A DNA stretch of 64,000 bases from an uncultured Candidatus Rokubacteria bacterium (GCA_963708025.1 CAVPSB010000020.1:38275-102274), one strand, 5' to 3'; shown: positions 20,741 to 31,540, counted from the stretch's first letter. Made by a program: numbers and translations. Notes: a model not told the origin generated them from the letters alone.

Positions 20741-23428
20741 CTAACGGGCCGCGTCGCTCCACGCACGGCTCCGGCCCAGCCCCGCGACCGCTGCCTGCAG
20801 GGCCTGGGCGATGCGGCGGGCTGCCTCCTCGGGTGAGGCCTCGGGCCCAGCCAGTCGCCGGGGGTCGAGAGAGGCCCCGAAGACCACCCTGACCGGACGG
20901 CGTCTGGGCCAGCGGCGGCCTCGCGGCAGGGCCGCGAAGGTGCCGTGGATGTACACGGGCACTGCCGGCCGCGAGAAGCGGTGGAGGAGAAGCCCGATGC
21001 CGGGGCGGAAGGGCAGGAGCTCGCCGCTCTTGGAGCGTTCCCCCTCCGGGAACCAGACCAGGCAGTCCCCCCGCTTCAGCACGGCCGCCGCCAGCGCCAG
21101 GCTGGAGGCGATCCCGCTCTCCGGCTCGACAGGAAGCACGCGTCCGAGTCGGCTGACGACCCGCATGAGAGGGTTCCGGAAGGCGATCCCCGTCCACCCG
21201 CCCCAGTAGGTGTGCGCGAGGTGCCGCCACCCCAGGGCGGCCGACAGGGCCAGGGGGTCCAGCAGGCTCACGTGGTTCGAGGCCAGCACCCAGGGCTCTT
21301 CGGGCAGGGCCCCCAGGCCCTCCACGCGGAGCCGAAAGACGGCGCGCATCAGCCAGGCGTTCGAGGCGAAGAGGCCGCGAGAGACGAGAGTCAGCCACGG
21401 GCCCAGGGGGCTCAGCCACCGGGCCTGCGCGGGGCTCAGGAGCCGTTCCGGCTCGTCCCAAGGGACGCCGGGGGCGGTCGCCCCGCGACCCGGCGCCGCC
21501 GCCACTTCGCGCAGCAGGTCTCGCACCGTGCCGACCCGCGCGATGGCCCCCTCGTCGAGCTCGATGGCCGCCCGGCGCTCGATCTCCAGCGTGAGGACCA
21601 ACCACTCGAGCGAGTCCACCCCGAGGTCGAGGGCGGGACTCATGTCCATCGTCAGGCGCCGGTCGCGATAGTGCTGCCCGAGCCAGTCCCACACGGCCCG
21701 GGCGCCGGCGTGCTCGAGGAGCACCCGGTCCGCCTCGGCCAGGTCGGCGATCGCGATGGGGCCGACCGGGCCCGGGGCCCCCTGCTCGAGCGCCTTGGCC
21801 CGCTCGTAGGCCTCGAGCAGCCAGGGGCGGCGCAGCTTCCCCAGCCGCGTGCGGGACAGCGAATCGCGGGTGATGGCCAGGTCGACCACCCGCTGGTACG
21901 AGGGCAACCGCGCGTTGACCTCGGCCACCGCCTGCTGGATGGCTTCGGCCACATCCGTGCGCTCCGCCGCCTGGATCTTTCCCGGCTCGGGCAGGACGAG
22001 CCCCACGAGGCGGCCGCCCCGCTGGAGCAGGGCGAAGTCCCGGATAAAGGGATGTCCGAGAAAGACGGCCTCCACGTTCTCCGGCTGAACGTTCTCGCCG
22101 CCTTCCGTGACGAGCATCTCGTCCAGCCGTCCCGTGACGTGCAGATAGCCATGGGCGTCCAAGTGTCCGAGGTCGCCCGTGCGGAACCAGCCATCCGGCG
22201 TGAAGGCTTGCCGCGTCTTCTCCTCGAGGTTGAGGTAGCCGTGGAAGATGCCGGGCCCCCGGGCCTGGATCTCTCCCTCCGTGGGTCCGGCGCCGCTCGC
22301 CGGGCGGATGCGCAGCTCCACGCCCGGGATGGGCCGGCCTGCGCTGTCGGGGTGGCGGCTTCCGGGGAGGTTCACGGTGAGGAGCGGCGAGGTCTCCGTG
22401 AGACCGTAGCCGCTCGCGAGTCGCCAGCCCAGACCCTCCAGCGTCCAGGCGACCGACGGCTCCAGGGCAGCCCCGCCCGAGGCGACGAGCCGGAGCGTCG
22501 GGGCGAGGCGGGCGTGCAGAGCGCCCAGCAACCGCTTGCCCCAGTAGACGCCGAGCCGACGACGAGCGCGGACCGACACGGCGAGGGCGAAGCGGACGAG
22601 AGCCGCACTCGCGCGGCCACGGGCGGCGACCTGCGCCTCGATCGCGGACAGCAGCGCGCTGTAGAGGCGAGGGACTCCCACCAGGACGGTGACCTCGCCT
22701 TCTCTGAGGGCCCGTAGAATCTGCGGACCCGTAAATGCCAGGGGCAGGATCACGGGCAGCCCCAGCGCCAGCGGGGTCAGCAACCCCACCACGAACGGAT
22801 AGACGTGGTGAAGAGGGAGCGGCAGGCATACCCGGTCCCCGGGCCTGACCAGCCCGATGCCGACGAGACTGTTCACCTGGAAGACCAGGTTCTCGTGGGT
22901 CAGGGGCACCCCCTTGGGGGGTCCCGTCGTGCCGGATGTGTAGAAGAGCGCTGCGACATCGTCCGACCGGCTCGGTGGCAGGTCCCGGTCCTGAGCCAGT
23001 CGCCAGTGCTGCCAGCTCGCGGGATCGGTTGCCGGGGCGTCCAGCGAGAGGAGACGAGCGCCCGGCCGCAGGCGAGCGACGCGCTCCATACGGTCGCTCG
23101 TGGTGAGGACGAGCCCCGCGCCGCTGTCCGTCAGCACGTGCGCCAGCGCCACGTCCGTGAACTGGACGTCCAGAGGGACGGCCGTGGCTCCGGCTCGCAC
23201 GACTGCCAGCGCCGCGACGATCCACTCCGGCCGGTCCGGCCCGAAGAGGGCCACAACCGCCCCGGCCCCGATCCCCGCGGCGGCCAGTCCCCCGGCCAAC
23301 TCCCGGACGGTCCCGGCCAGCGATCCGTAGGTCCACGCCCGGCGGGCCTCGCCGGTGAAGGCGATCAGGGCGGGGTCCTCCCCGAAGCTGGCGAGGCCGT
23401 CCACGAGATCGTGAAGGGTAGTCAGCAC
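20741..23428 (-). CDS. AMP-binding acyl ligase + carrier domain + PlsC-type acyltransferase fusion
   Basis: YTSGTTGPPKG, GYGLTE, TGDLG; LGVDSL (Ppant Ser); NHVSLLD and FPEGER. Confidence 0.9.
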   Translation of the reverse strand: MLTTLHDLVDGLASFGEDPALIAFTGEARRAWTYGSLAGTVRELAGGLAAAGIGAGAVVALFGPDRPEWIVAALAVVRAGATAVPLDVQFTDVALAHVLTDSGAGLVLTTSDRMERVARLRPGARLLSLDAPATDPASWQHWRLAQDRDLPPSRSDDVAALFYTSGTTGPPKGVPLTHENLVFQVNSLVGIGLVRPGDRVCLPLPLHHVYPFVVGLLTPLALGLPVILPLAFTGPQILRALREGEVTVLVGVPRLYSALLSAIEAQVAARGRASAALVRFALAVSVRARRRLGVYWGKRLLGALHARLAPTLRLVASGGAALEPSVAWTLEGLGWRLASGYGLTETSPLLTVNLPGSRHPDSAGRPIPGVELRIRPASGAGPTEGEIQARGPGIFHGYLNLEEKTRQAFTPDGWFRTGDLGHLDAHGYLHVTGRLDEMLVTEGGENVQPENVEAVFLGHPFIRDFALLQRGGRLVGLVLPEPGKIQAAERTDVAEAIQQAVAEVNARLPSYQRVVDLAITRDSLSRTRLGKLRRPWLLEAYERAKALEQGAPGPVGPIAIADLAEADRVLLEHAGARAVWDWLGQHYRDRRLTMDMSPALDLGVDSLEWLVLTLEIERRAAIELDEGAIARVGTVRDLLREVAAAPGRGATAPGVPWDEPERLLSPAQARWLSPLGPWLTLVSRGLFASNAWLMRAVFRLRVEGLGALPEEPWVLASNHVSLLDPLALSAALGWRHLAHTYWGGWTGIAFRNPLMRVVSRLGRVLPVEPESGIASSLALAAAVLKRGDCLVWFPEGERSKSGELLPFRPGIGLLLHRFSRPAVPVYIHGTFAALPRGRRWPRRRPVRVVFGASLDPRRLAGPEASPEEAARRIAQALQAAVAGLGRSRAWSDAAR

Positions 23429-23682
23429 GGCGTGGTCACGTTCCGCGTCCGAGGCGACAGCCCTCTCCGGTTCCCCTGGAACGCTGCCGGGCAGAACGGG
23501 CGGTCGCTGGCCGGGCGGCGTTCCTCGACCACGGCTCGGTCGACCAAGCCGGGCTACCCCTTCTCGATCTTGGGTCGGGTTCTGCCCCAGAGGACACGAG
23601 GGCCCTCGCGTGCTTCCAGCAAGATGGTGTCCTTGCGGACCGCACCGTGTGCCGTAGGGGCTAGCTCGCTGCCACTCGGGGC

Positions 23683-24081
23683 TCAGGGCATCCTGATCTT
23701 GCCACCTCCCGGCCCTCCCACATCGCCGATGCCGAGGCTGCCACGGGCTGGCACGATGAGTGATGATGCTGCCTCGCGGCGGATCTGTTCGAGTTCCTCG
23801 AGCGTCCGTTCCAGTGCCCTCTGGGCGGCACTGGAAAACCTCTCAACGGCTTCGGTGAGTGTGTGTGCCTCGATCTCGAAAGTGAGGGGCAGGGGACCGG
23901 CAGGCGTAACCAGGCTCGTCTGACCTTCGAAGACCGCCTTCCGCCCGCTGTCGGCGGAGCCATCCGCCCGGATCGGGACGAGCGTCCGGATCGAGCCGAC
24001 CCGTCGGTCCGTGAAGAGCTCCTCTCGGTAAAGGCTCTCGGCATCCATGTGGATTTCGGACAGATCCTTCTGTGGGCTCAT
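23683..24081 (-). CDS. Conserved hypothetical protein
   Basis: LYREELFTDRRVGSIR...GPLPLTFEIEA..L.EAV...RREAASSLIVP; protein-like composition. Confidence 0.75.
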   Translation of the reverse strand: MSPQKDLSEIHMDAESLYREELFTDRRVGSIRTLVPIRADGSADSGRKAVFEGQTSLVTPAGPLPLTFEIEAHTLTEAVERFSSAAQRALERTLEELEQIRREAASSLIVPARGSLGIGDVGGPGGGKIRMP

Positions 24082-24105
24082 CGGTGCTCACCCGGCGGAG
24101 AACCG

Positions 24106-24516
24106 TCAGCGGGCCGCCGCCTCGGGGCTCGGTCGCAGGACCTCCACGCTGCGCGCGACCAGCCGCCCGTCCCGCGTCTCCGTCGTCACGGTCACGAAGT
24201 CTCCTGGCTTGATCGCCGCGGCCGTCAGGGGGGCGGTGGCGAAGTCGCCCCGCCAGCCATCCTTGGTGGGTCGATCCGAGCGGCTGATCGCGGCAACCTT
24301 CGTCTCCGGGACGAGCGCGATCCAGCGCTTCACGATGCCCTGCTTCGGCCCCGCCCAGGGGCCCATCTCCTCGACGGCGATCAGGTGGCGGTCCGGCTCC
24401 ACCGCCGCGACGGTGCCCGTGTGCTTGGCCTCAGAGGCACGCAGGGACGCGGCGGCCGCGAGGCCGACGAGGACGAGGGTCAGCGAGACGATCCACTTGG
24501 TCGGCGTGCGGAACAC
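24106..24516 (-). CDS. Secreted hypothetical protein (OB-fold-like)
   Basis: Signal peptide; HTGTVAAV...IKPGDFVTVT. Confidence 0.65.
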   Translation of the reverse strand: MFRTPTKWIVSLTLVLVGLAAAASLRASEAKHTGTVAAVEPDRHLIAVEEMGPWAGPKQGIVKRWIALVPETKVAAISRSDRPTKDGWRGDFATAPLTAAAIKPGDFVTVTTETRDGRLVARSVEVLRPSPEAAAR

Positions 24517-24550
24517 GCGAGGCTCCTCTCTCGGTGCCGGGTCTCCGGCA

Positions 24551-25345
24551 TCACGGGGTTGCGAGCTTCACGAGGAAGTGCGCGCGGCGGTTCTGCGCCC
24601 AGCAGGCTTCGTCCCGCCCGATGCAGACCGGCCGCTCCTCGCCGTAGCTGATCAGGGTGATGCGGGAGGCGGCGACACCGAGGGACACCAGGTAGTCGCG
24701 GGTGGCCGTCGCCCGCCGCTGCCCGAGCGCCAGGTTGTACTCGTTGGTGCCCCGCTCGTCACAATGTCCTTCGATGAGGACCAGCACGTTCGGATGGGCC
24801 GTGAGCCAGGCGGCGACTTCCGTGAGAACGGCCGCGTCGCCCGGTCGAATCTCATAGCGGTCGAAGTCGAAGTAGACGTTCCGGAGCGCGGCGGTCTCCA
24901 CGAACTCCTGGGGAGCAGGCAAGGCAGGGATGACGGTCCCGGCACCCGGCACCCCTGGCACCGCACCGGGGACTCCACCCGGGGGGGCCCCGGGGGCCGC
25001 CCCGCCGGGGCCGGGCGCCACGGGGCCGGGGCCGACAGCTCCCGCAGGCGGGCCGGCGACCCCGGGAGGCGCACCGGCCGCCCCGGGTTGGGCCGGTCCA
25101 CCCGGCGTGGCCGCACTCGGGGCGGCACTCGGCCCCGCCGGCGTGGGAGCGCCGGGAGCCGGGCCGATGGCGGCCGGCGGAGCGCCAGCGACCGCACCCG
25201 GTGGCGGGCTGACCGGGGCACCGACCCCCGGCGCGGCGGCCGTCGGCGCGGCGGCCGTCGGCGTGAGCGCCGGCCGCTTCGGGCAACCGGTCGAGGCCAG
25301 CGCGATCACGCCGAGCATCAGAGTCGCCGTCCACTGTCTCGTCAT
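24551..25345 (-). CDS. pal: Peptidoglycan-associated lipoprotein (OmpA family) with long Pro/Ala/Gly linker
   Basis: Lipobox STGC; VYFDFDRY, IEGHCDERGTNEYNLALGQRRA, ISYGEERP, QNRRA. Confidence 0.9.
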   Translation of the reverse strand: MTRQWTATLMLGVIALASTGCPKRPALTPTAAAPTAAAPGVGAPVSPPPGAVAGAPPAAIGPAPGAPTPAGPSAAPSAATPGGPAQPGAAGAPPGVAGPPAGAVGPGPVAPGPGGAAPGAPPGGVPGAVPGVPGAGTVIPALPAPQEFVETAALRNVYFDFDRYEIRPGDAAVLTEVAAWLTAHPNVLVLIEGHCDERGTNEYNLALGQRRATATRDYLVSLGVAASRITLISYGEERPVCIGRDEACWAQNRRAHFLVKLATP

Positions 25346-25759
25346 CGGCAAGCCTTCCCTTCGCATCAGATTCCGTGGACAACCAATCCCGTCTGGTGGA
25401 GCAACGGCGGTGCCAGCCGATGTGGACAGCGAGCGCCTCATCGGATCCTCGATAGTCCCACGATCCCTCGGCCCAGCCGGCGCTCGGACCGCGGCACTCG
25501 CGCCCCAGTGGGTCAGCCGCGCCTCACTGCGGATTGCCAGGGAACGCACCCGGTGACGTGGGAGCTGGTCAGCTCCGCATGGGTCGGCGTCGACGATCAC
25601 GGGGGGACTGACACCGTTCGAGGCGCCCGAGCACCGAGGCGAGGCCTCGTGGGTGGGAAAAGCGCCAACTTCGTGGTCCCGGACTTGCACCTTCCGGTTG
25701 CGTCCCGCCGACGACGTGTCGCCGAGCTCGATCTCCACGGTCTTCGGTCAGGAGGAGCC

Positions 25760-25903
25760 ATGGCCCCCACAGTGCCGACGACGTCCGCGCGATGGGCTAG
25801 CGTCCTGGCCGGCGGCAGGGACACTCGACTGCGCCCACTGGTAGTCACGCCGCTGGCCCAGCCAGGGATCCGGCCGGCCGGGGTCCGCCGCCGGTCTGGC
25901 TGA
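25760..25903 (+). pseudogene. N-terminal scrap of a sugar-phosphate nucleotidyltransferase
   Basis: Strong RBS AGGAGG; WASVLAGGRDTRLRPL resembles the LAGGxGTRLxP motif. Confidence 0.55.
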
Positions 25904-25939
25904 GGCGCACCCCCGGCCATCCCGGTGCCCCCGAGTCCG

Positions 25940-28303
25940 ATGGTGACGGCGGCCAATCTCGGCTTCCCCCGGATCGGCGCTCGGCGGGAGCTGAAGGCGG
26001 CGCTCGAGCGGTTCTGGGCTGCCGAGATCACCGAAGACGAGCTCGCCGCGGCGGGTCGCGCGCTGCGACGCGACCACTGGACACTCCAGGCGGCGCTCGG
26101 CCTGGACCAGATCCCGTCGAACGACTTCTCCTTCTACGATCACGTGCTCGACATGGCGATGACCGTCGGCGCCGTGCCCCGACGCTACCGCGAGGCCCTG
26201 CCAGGGCCGGCAGGACTGGCGACGTACTTCCTCATGGCGCGCGGCTCCTCCCCTGGACGGGCCCTTCGAGCGCCCGAGCTGTCCGCCCTGCCACTGACGA
26301 AGTGGTTCGACACGAACTACCACTATGTCGTGCCCGAGTTCGACCCGGCGCAACCGTTCCAGCTCGAATCGACCAAACCCGTCGACGAGTACCTGGAGGC
26401 CCGGGCCCTCGGGGTGGAGACGCGTCCCGTGCTGCTGGGCCCCGTCTCGTTTCTGCTGCTGGGGAGGGGTCGAGACGGCGCCGTCGATGCACTCAGCGCG
26501 CTCGATCGCCTCCTGCCCGTCTACGAGGCCCTCCTCGGGCGGCTGGCCTCGGCGGGGGCGGCCTGGGTGCAACTCGACGAGCCCTGCCTGGTCCTGGATC
26601 TCGGCCCGGCGGCGCTCCGGGCGTTCGAGCGGGCCTATGCTCGTCTGGCCCAGGCCGGTCCCGGGCTGCGCCGGCTCCTCGCCACGTACTTTGGCGGGCT
26701 CGGCGCGAAGCTGCCGCTTGCGCTTCGCCTCCCGGTGGATGCGCTGCACCTGGACCTCGTTCGTGCGCCCGAGCAGCTCGACCCGGTGCTCGCGCAGGTC
26801 CCCGGGCACCTCGCGCTCTCGCTCGGCGTGGTGGACGGCCGCAACGTGTGGCGGACCGATCTCGACCAGGCCCTGCTCACGCTCGAGCGCGCGTGCGGTC
26901 GGGTCGGCCCGGATCGCGTCCAGGTGGCGCCCTCCTGCTCCTTGCTCCATGTGCCCCTCGACCTCCAGCTCGAGACCGGCCTCGACCCCGAGCTGCGGTC
27001 CTGGCTCGCCTTCGCCACGCAGCGGCTCGGAGAGGTCGGCGTGCTCACGGCGGCCCTGCGCGAGGGCCGGCACGCGGTCGAGGACGAGCTGGCCGCGAGC
27101 CGCGCGGCGGCGCGCGCCCGGCGGGTGTCGCCCCGGACGCATGACCCCGCCGCCCGACAGCGTGTCGCGGCCGTCTCCCCGGACATGCTCCACCGGCCGT
27201 CGCCGTGCGGGGTACGCCGACCGCGCCAGCGAGACGCCCTCCGGCTCCCGCTCCTGCCCACCACGACCATCGGGTCGTTCCCGCAGACCCCGGAGCTCCG
27301 GGCCGCCCGCGCGGCCCTCCGGAGCGGCGACACGACACGAGAGGCCTACGAGCGTCTGATCGCCGGCGAGATCGAGCGAACGATCCGCGTTCAGGAGGCC
27401 ATCGGCCTCGACGTGCTCGTGCACGGCGAGTTCGAACGCGGCGACATGGTCGAGTACTTCGCCGACCAGCTGAGCGGCTTCGCGCTCACCCAGCAGGGCT
27501 GGGTGCAGAGCTATGGCTCGCGCTGCGTCAAGCCGCCGATCCTCTTCGGCGACGTGTCCCGCCGTGGGCCGATGACCGTGCGGTGGGCGCGGTTCGCCCA
27601 GTCGCTCACCGCGAAGCCGGTCAAGGGCATGGTGACCGGACCGGTGACGATGACCCACTGGTCGTTCATCCGGGACGACCAGCCGCCGTCGGTGACATGC
27701 CGGCAGATCGCGCTGGCCCTCCGGGACGAGATCGCCGACCTGGAGGCGGCCGGCCTTCGCGTCATCCAGATCGACGAGCCGGCATTCCGGGAAGGCCTGC
27801 CGCTCCGGACGGAGGCTCGCCCGGTGTATCTCGCCTGGGCGGTCGAGGCCTTCCGGCTCGCCTCCGCCGGCCTCCGGGACGCGACCCAGCTCCACGCACA
27901 CATGTGCTACGCGGACGTCGAGGACATCATCGGAGCGGTCGAAGACCTGGACGTCGACGTCCTGGCCATCGAGGCATCGCGGTCCGGGATGCGGTCGCTC
28001 GACGTGTTCCGGCGATCTCGCATCCCCTGCGAGGTGGGCCCCGGCGTCTACGACGTCCACTCCCCGCGCGTGCCCGGCACCGAGGAGATCCTGGCCCGTC
28101 TCCACCGGGCGCTGGAGGTGCTACCGGCCGAGCGGCTCTGGGTCAATCCCGACTGTGGCCTGAAGACGCGGCGATGGGAGGAAGTCCGCCCCTCCCTGAC
28201 GGCCATGGTCAGCGCTGCCCGGCGCCTCCGTCAGGCAGGCACCGACGGGCCCCCCGCGCGGTGGGAAGACGGCCCGGCCGCCGCCCGCTCCCCCGAGCCG
28301 TGA
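25940..28303 (+). CDS. metE: Cobalamin-independent methionine synthase
   Basis: NLGFPRIG, KWFDTNYHY, TTTIGSFPQ, HGEFER, HAHMCY..E, WVNPDCGLKTR. Confidence 0.97.
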   Translation: MVTAANLGFPRIGARRELKAALERFWAAEITEDELAAAGRALRRDHWTLQAALGLDQIPSNDFSFYDHVLDMAMTVGAVPRRYREALPGPAGLATYFLMARGSSPGRALRAPELSALPLTKWFDTNYHYVVPEFDPAQPFQLESTKPVDEYLEARALGVETRPVLLGPVSFLLLGRGRDGAVDALSALDRLLPVYEALLGRLASAGAAWVQLDEPCLVLDLGPAALRAFERAYARLAQAGPGLRRLLATYFGGLGAKLPLALRLPVDALHLDLVRAPEQLDPVLAQVPGHLALSLGVVDGRNVWRTDLDQALLTLERACGRVGPDRVQVAPSCSLLHVPLDLQLETGLDPELRSWLAFATQRLGEVGVLTAALREGRHAVEDELAASRAAARARRVSPRTHDPAARQRVAAVSPDMLHRPSPCGVRRPRQRDALRLPLLPTTTIGSFPQTPELRAARAALRSGDTTREAYERLIAGEIERTIRVQEAIGLDVLVHGEFERGDMVEYFADQLSGFALTQQGWVQSYGSRCVKPPILFGDVSRRGPMTVRWARFAQSLTAKPVKGMVTGPVTMTHWSFIRDDQPPSVTCRQIALALRDEIADLEAAGLRVIQIDEPAFREGLPLRTEARPVYLAWAVEAFRLASAGLRDATQLHAHMCYADVEDIIGAVEDLDVDVLAIEASRSGMRSLDVFRRSRIPCEVGPGVYDVHSPRVPGTEEILARLHRALEVLPAERLWVNPDCGLKTRRWEEVRPSLTAMVSAARRLRQAGTDGPPARWEDGPAAARSPEP

Positions 28304-29166
28304 TGGACCCGGGATTCGACTTCAGCGTCGAGGTCTTTCCACCCAAGACCCCCGACGGGATCGCGAGGCTCCGGGTCACGGCGGACCAGCTCGCCGCGCT
28401 GGGCCCGCGCTACATCTCGGTGACCTGCGGCGCCGGCGGTGGAGCCCGTGACCGCACCGCCCAGACGGTCGGCGAGCTCCGCGAACGTCTCGGCTCGGTG
28501 GTCGACGTCGTGCCGCACGTCACAGGCTTCGCCGCCACGCGCGACAGTGTCCGGGAGCTCCTCGCCGCGTACGCCTCACTGCAGATCGGCCACCTCGTCG
28601 TCGTGCGAGGCGACGCGCCCCCCGGCGCGCCGGGGCCGACCGGCGACTTCCCCCACGCCAGCGACCTCGTGTCCTTCATCCGCGTCGAGACGCGCGACCG
28701 GTTCCGGATCGCGGTCGCGGCGCATCCCGAGGTCCACCCCGAGGCGCCCAGCGCCGCAGTCGACCTCGCCGCCTTTCGACGCAAGGTCGAGGCGGGTGCC
28801 GACTCGGCGCTCACCCAGTACTTCTACAATGCCGACGCGTACGTCCACTTCGTGGAGTCCTGCCGGCGTCTCGGCGTGGCCCTGCCGATCGTGCCGGGCA
28901 TCATGCCGATCCTGGATTACCCTCGGCTGCGGCGCTTCTCGGTGGCGGCGGGTGTGGAGATCCCGCGGTGGCTGGCGAAGCGACTCGACGACCTCGTCGC
29001 CGCCCCGGAGGCGCTCCGGGCGTTCGGCGTCGAGGTGGTGAGTCGTCTCTGCGCGCGACTGCTCGCCGACGGCGCCCCGGGGCTCCACTTCTACACGATG
29101 AACAACGTGGAGCCCACGCGGACCATCTGGGAGCGCCTGAGGTCCTCCGCGTCCGAACCGGCCTGA
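28303..29166 (+). CDS. metF: 5,10-methylenetetrahydrofolate reductase
   Basis: FSVEVFPPKT, ISVTCGAGG, RGD, HPEVHP, TQYFY, LHFYTMN; TGATG overlap with metE. Confidence 0.95.
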   Translation: MDPGFDFSVEVFPPKTPDGIARLRVTADQLAALGPRYISVTCGAGGGARDRTAQTVGELRERLGSVVDVVPHVTGFAATRDSVRELLAAYASLQIGHLVVVRGDAPPGAPGPTGDFPHASDLVSFIRVETRDRFRIAVAAHPEVHPEAPSAAVDLAAFRRKVEAGADSALTQYFYNADAYVHFVESCRRLGVALPIVPGIMPILDYPRLRRFSVAAGVEIPRWLAKRLDDLVAAPEALRAFGVEVVSRLCARLLADGAPGLHFYTMNNVEPTRTIWERLRSSASEPA

Positions 29167-29187
29167 AGGATCCTGCCCTCGTCGGGG

Positions 29188-30513
29188 TCAGCGAGTTCCA
29201 GGCGGCCTACTCTGGACCGCATCGCGCGAGGTCCGGCCCTCCATGCGGTCGGCCGGGCGAGATGCGCTTCGGGATCCGGCGCCGGGACCGGGCCGATCCA
29301 GGCGACTCTCGGGCGCGGCCCCCGCCGGGTTCCGCGCGGTGGGGGACGGAGACAGCACCGCCCGCAGCGGCCGAGGGTGGTCGGTCGCCGTCCCCGGTTC
29401 GACGAGCAGGGTCCCGTCGGCCTCCAGCTCCACGCGCGTTCCGAACCCGCCACTCACGCGCTCGAGGGTGTCCCGGAGCCACTCGGTGTCGACCGCTGAG
29501 GCGTGAGTGAGCCGGAGCCTCCTGTGCTGGAGCGGCACCATGCGCAGGCGCTCCAGCTCGCCGGCGGGTGTCAGCGACGCGAAGTACATCAGGACGAGAT
29601 CATCTCGGTACGCCTCGTACCCGGCGATTCCCTCGTAGTCATCGATGAAGTCGCCACAGCCATAGAGGATCAGGCGATGCCTGTACACCTCGATCGGTCG
29701 AGGGTGATGCGAGGAGTGGCCGTGGACGATGTCGAGGCCGGCGTCGATCAGCCGGCGGGCAAACCGCACATGCTCGGGAGGGACATCGTACCCCCAGTTC
29801 TCGCCCCAGTGAACGGAGGCGACCGCCACGTCCAGCGGTTGCTTCACCTGCTCCACTCGCTTGCCGATCGCGTCGGCCGTGGCATCCGAGAGATCGGGCA
29901 GGAGATCCACGCCGGGGCGGCCCTCGGTTGCCGCCCAGTCCGGCCGGATGCCGCTCGACTCCGCGCCGAATGCGATGATCACGACCCGGCCGCCGCCCGG
30001 GCGGCCGACCGTGGCGGGCCGGCGCGCCTCCTCGAGGGTCCGACCCGCCCCGGCAGTCTTCACCCCGGCCTTCTCGAGGGTCTGCAGCGTCTCGAGGAGA
30101 CCCGCCCGCCCGTAGTCGAGCACGTGGTTGTTGGCGAGCACGCAGACATCGATCCGGGCGACGGTCAGGCAGCCGACGTTGTCGGGGTGCATCCGGTAGT
30201 GGATGCCCTTGCCGGGCCAGTACGCGTCGCTGCGGGTGATGCTCGTCTCGAGGTTGACGATGCGCGCTTCCGACCCGATTCGCTCCAGCGCCCCGAGCGC
30301 ATCACCCCAGACATAGGCGTCGTCCACCGGACGCGGGATGTGGCCGTTCTGCGACTCCGCGAGCTCGACATAAGTCCGGGCGTCACGGACGGCGGGCTCG
30401 TGCAGACCGGGCTCGCTCGGGTGCCGCAGGATCTGGTCGACGCCTCTGCCGGTCATGACGTCGCCGGCCAGGAGCACACGATTCGAAGTGTTCGTCACGC
30501 CCACGTTTCGCAT
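29188..30513 (-). CDS. CapA-family (poly-gamma-glutamate synthesis-like) metallophosphoesterase
   Basis: GDVMTGRG, NLET, LANNHVLDYG, SVHWG, HGHSSHH, YGCGDFIDDYEGI; C-terminus probably over-extended. Confidence 0.9.
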   Translation of the reverse strand: MRNVGVTNTSNRVLLAGDVMTGRGVDQILRHPSEPGLHEPAVRDARTYVELAESQNGHIPRPVDDAYVWGDALGALERIGSEARIVNLETSITRSDAYWPGKGIHYRMHPDNVGCLTVARIDVCVLANNHVLDYGRAGLLETLQTLEKAGVKTAGAGRTLEEARRPATVGRPGGGRVVIIAFGAESSGIRPDWAATEGRPGVDLLPDLSDATADAIGKRVEQVKQPLDVAVASVHWGENWGYDVPPEHVRFARRLIDAGLDIVHGHSSHHPRPIEVYRHRLILYGCGDFIDDYEGIAGYEAYRDDLVLMYFASLTPAGELERLRMVPLQHRRLRLTHASAVDTEWLRDTLERVSGGFGTRVELEADGTLLVEPGTATDHPRPLRAVLSPSPTARNPAGAAPESRLDRPGPGAGSRSASRPADRMEGRTSRDAVQSRPPGTR

Positions 30514-30610
30514 CACTCTCAGTCGCAGGCCGCACACGGCGGACGAACGCTTCTCCGCAACCGACGTGCCAGTAGGCGGCCTCCTGGTGAGGACCTCGGG
30601 GCCTTCGAGC

Positions 30611-31159
30611 TCACCGCCCCGCTTTCGCCACCGACAGGATGTCGGCGGGACCGAGCACGGACAGCGCGGCGAACGGGCCGATGATGTCGACGCGCAGGGT
30701 CCTCTGCGGGTGGCTGAGGTCGACCTTGGCAGTGACGAGGGGCGCCAATCGCTCGATGACCTGCCGTGTGTGGGCGCCGTATTGTCGCTTCTCGACGCTC
30801 ATCCGCCAGGTCTCGCCGTCCGCGATCCGGTCCTTCAGCTGCCCGACGGCGTTCCGCATCGAGTCGATATCCGAGAACGTCCAGAGGTCTATGGGCACCC
30901 ACTTGCAGGTGTGCTGGAGCAGACGGGGATGGCGGGCCAGCAGGGCGCGAAGCTCCTCGATGACCAGGCGCGGGTCGAGGGTCGTCCTTGCGCCCACGAT
31001 GCCTCTCGCCGCGGTGTGCGCCACGAGGGGCTGCTCATCACCCACGAATGTCAAGAGCTTGAGGATCTCGCCCCTCGCCGCGGCATGCCCTCTCGGGGAA
31101 CAAGAGACCAGCAGATTGAACTCGTAGATCGGCGCCACTTCGCGCGGAGCGTCTGCCAT
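30611..31159 (-). CDS. Stand-alone THUMP-domain RNA-binding protein
   Basis: FNLLVS...KWVPID...TWRMSVEKR...KVDLSHPQRTLRVDIIG. Confidence 0.75.
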   Translation of the reverse strand: MADAPREVAPIYEFNLLVSCSPRGHAAARGEILKLLTFVGDEQPLVAHTAARGIVGARTTLDPRLVIEELRALLARHPRLLQHTCKWVPIDLWTFSDIDSMRNAVGQLKDRIADGETWRMSVEKRQYGAHTRQVIERLAPLVTAKVDLSHPQRTLRVDIIGPFAALSVLGPADILSVAKAGR

Positions 31160-31540
31160 CGTGCTCACCAGGTCCGCAGATCCGCAGATTCCGAGGGTCC
31201 GCGCGCAATCCGGATGGGCCGGTGTCGCGCGATCCCGGACTGCAGCCTCTGGCCCAATCTCGTGGCTGTCTCGGCGTGGGAGCCGCAGCACCGGACTTCC
31301 GCCGCACCGAACCCGTCAGCCTGGCCAATGTACCTGGAACCCATGCCCCTCGGCGTCCTCCTCGATCTCCGCCACACCGAGATGCAATGGACCTGCCACG
31401 CCAGGGGCTACCAGAACGGCCAAGTTGCGGGAGGAGCGTCGAGATGCGACGAGGCCGCGCCGCCGGGTGGCAGCAAGCGCTGGACCCGGACCGTAGGCGA
31501 CACCTGTTGAATGCCACCTCGACGGGTGTAAGGTCATCTG

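Noticed and set aside
25350-25940. SAM or cobalamin riboswitch, or leader peptide, upstream of metE
   Set aside because: No conserved riboswitch motifs recognised; the short ORF is not Met-rich and looks like a nucleotidyltransferase scrap
20346-28105. Very long alternative ORFs (e.g. 20346-23336, 25748-28105)
   Set aside because: Arg/Pro/Gly-rich shadow frames of real genes, expected in high-GC DNA
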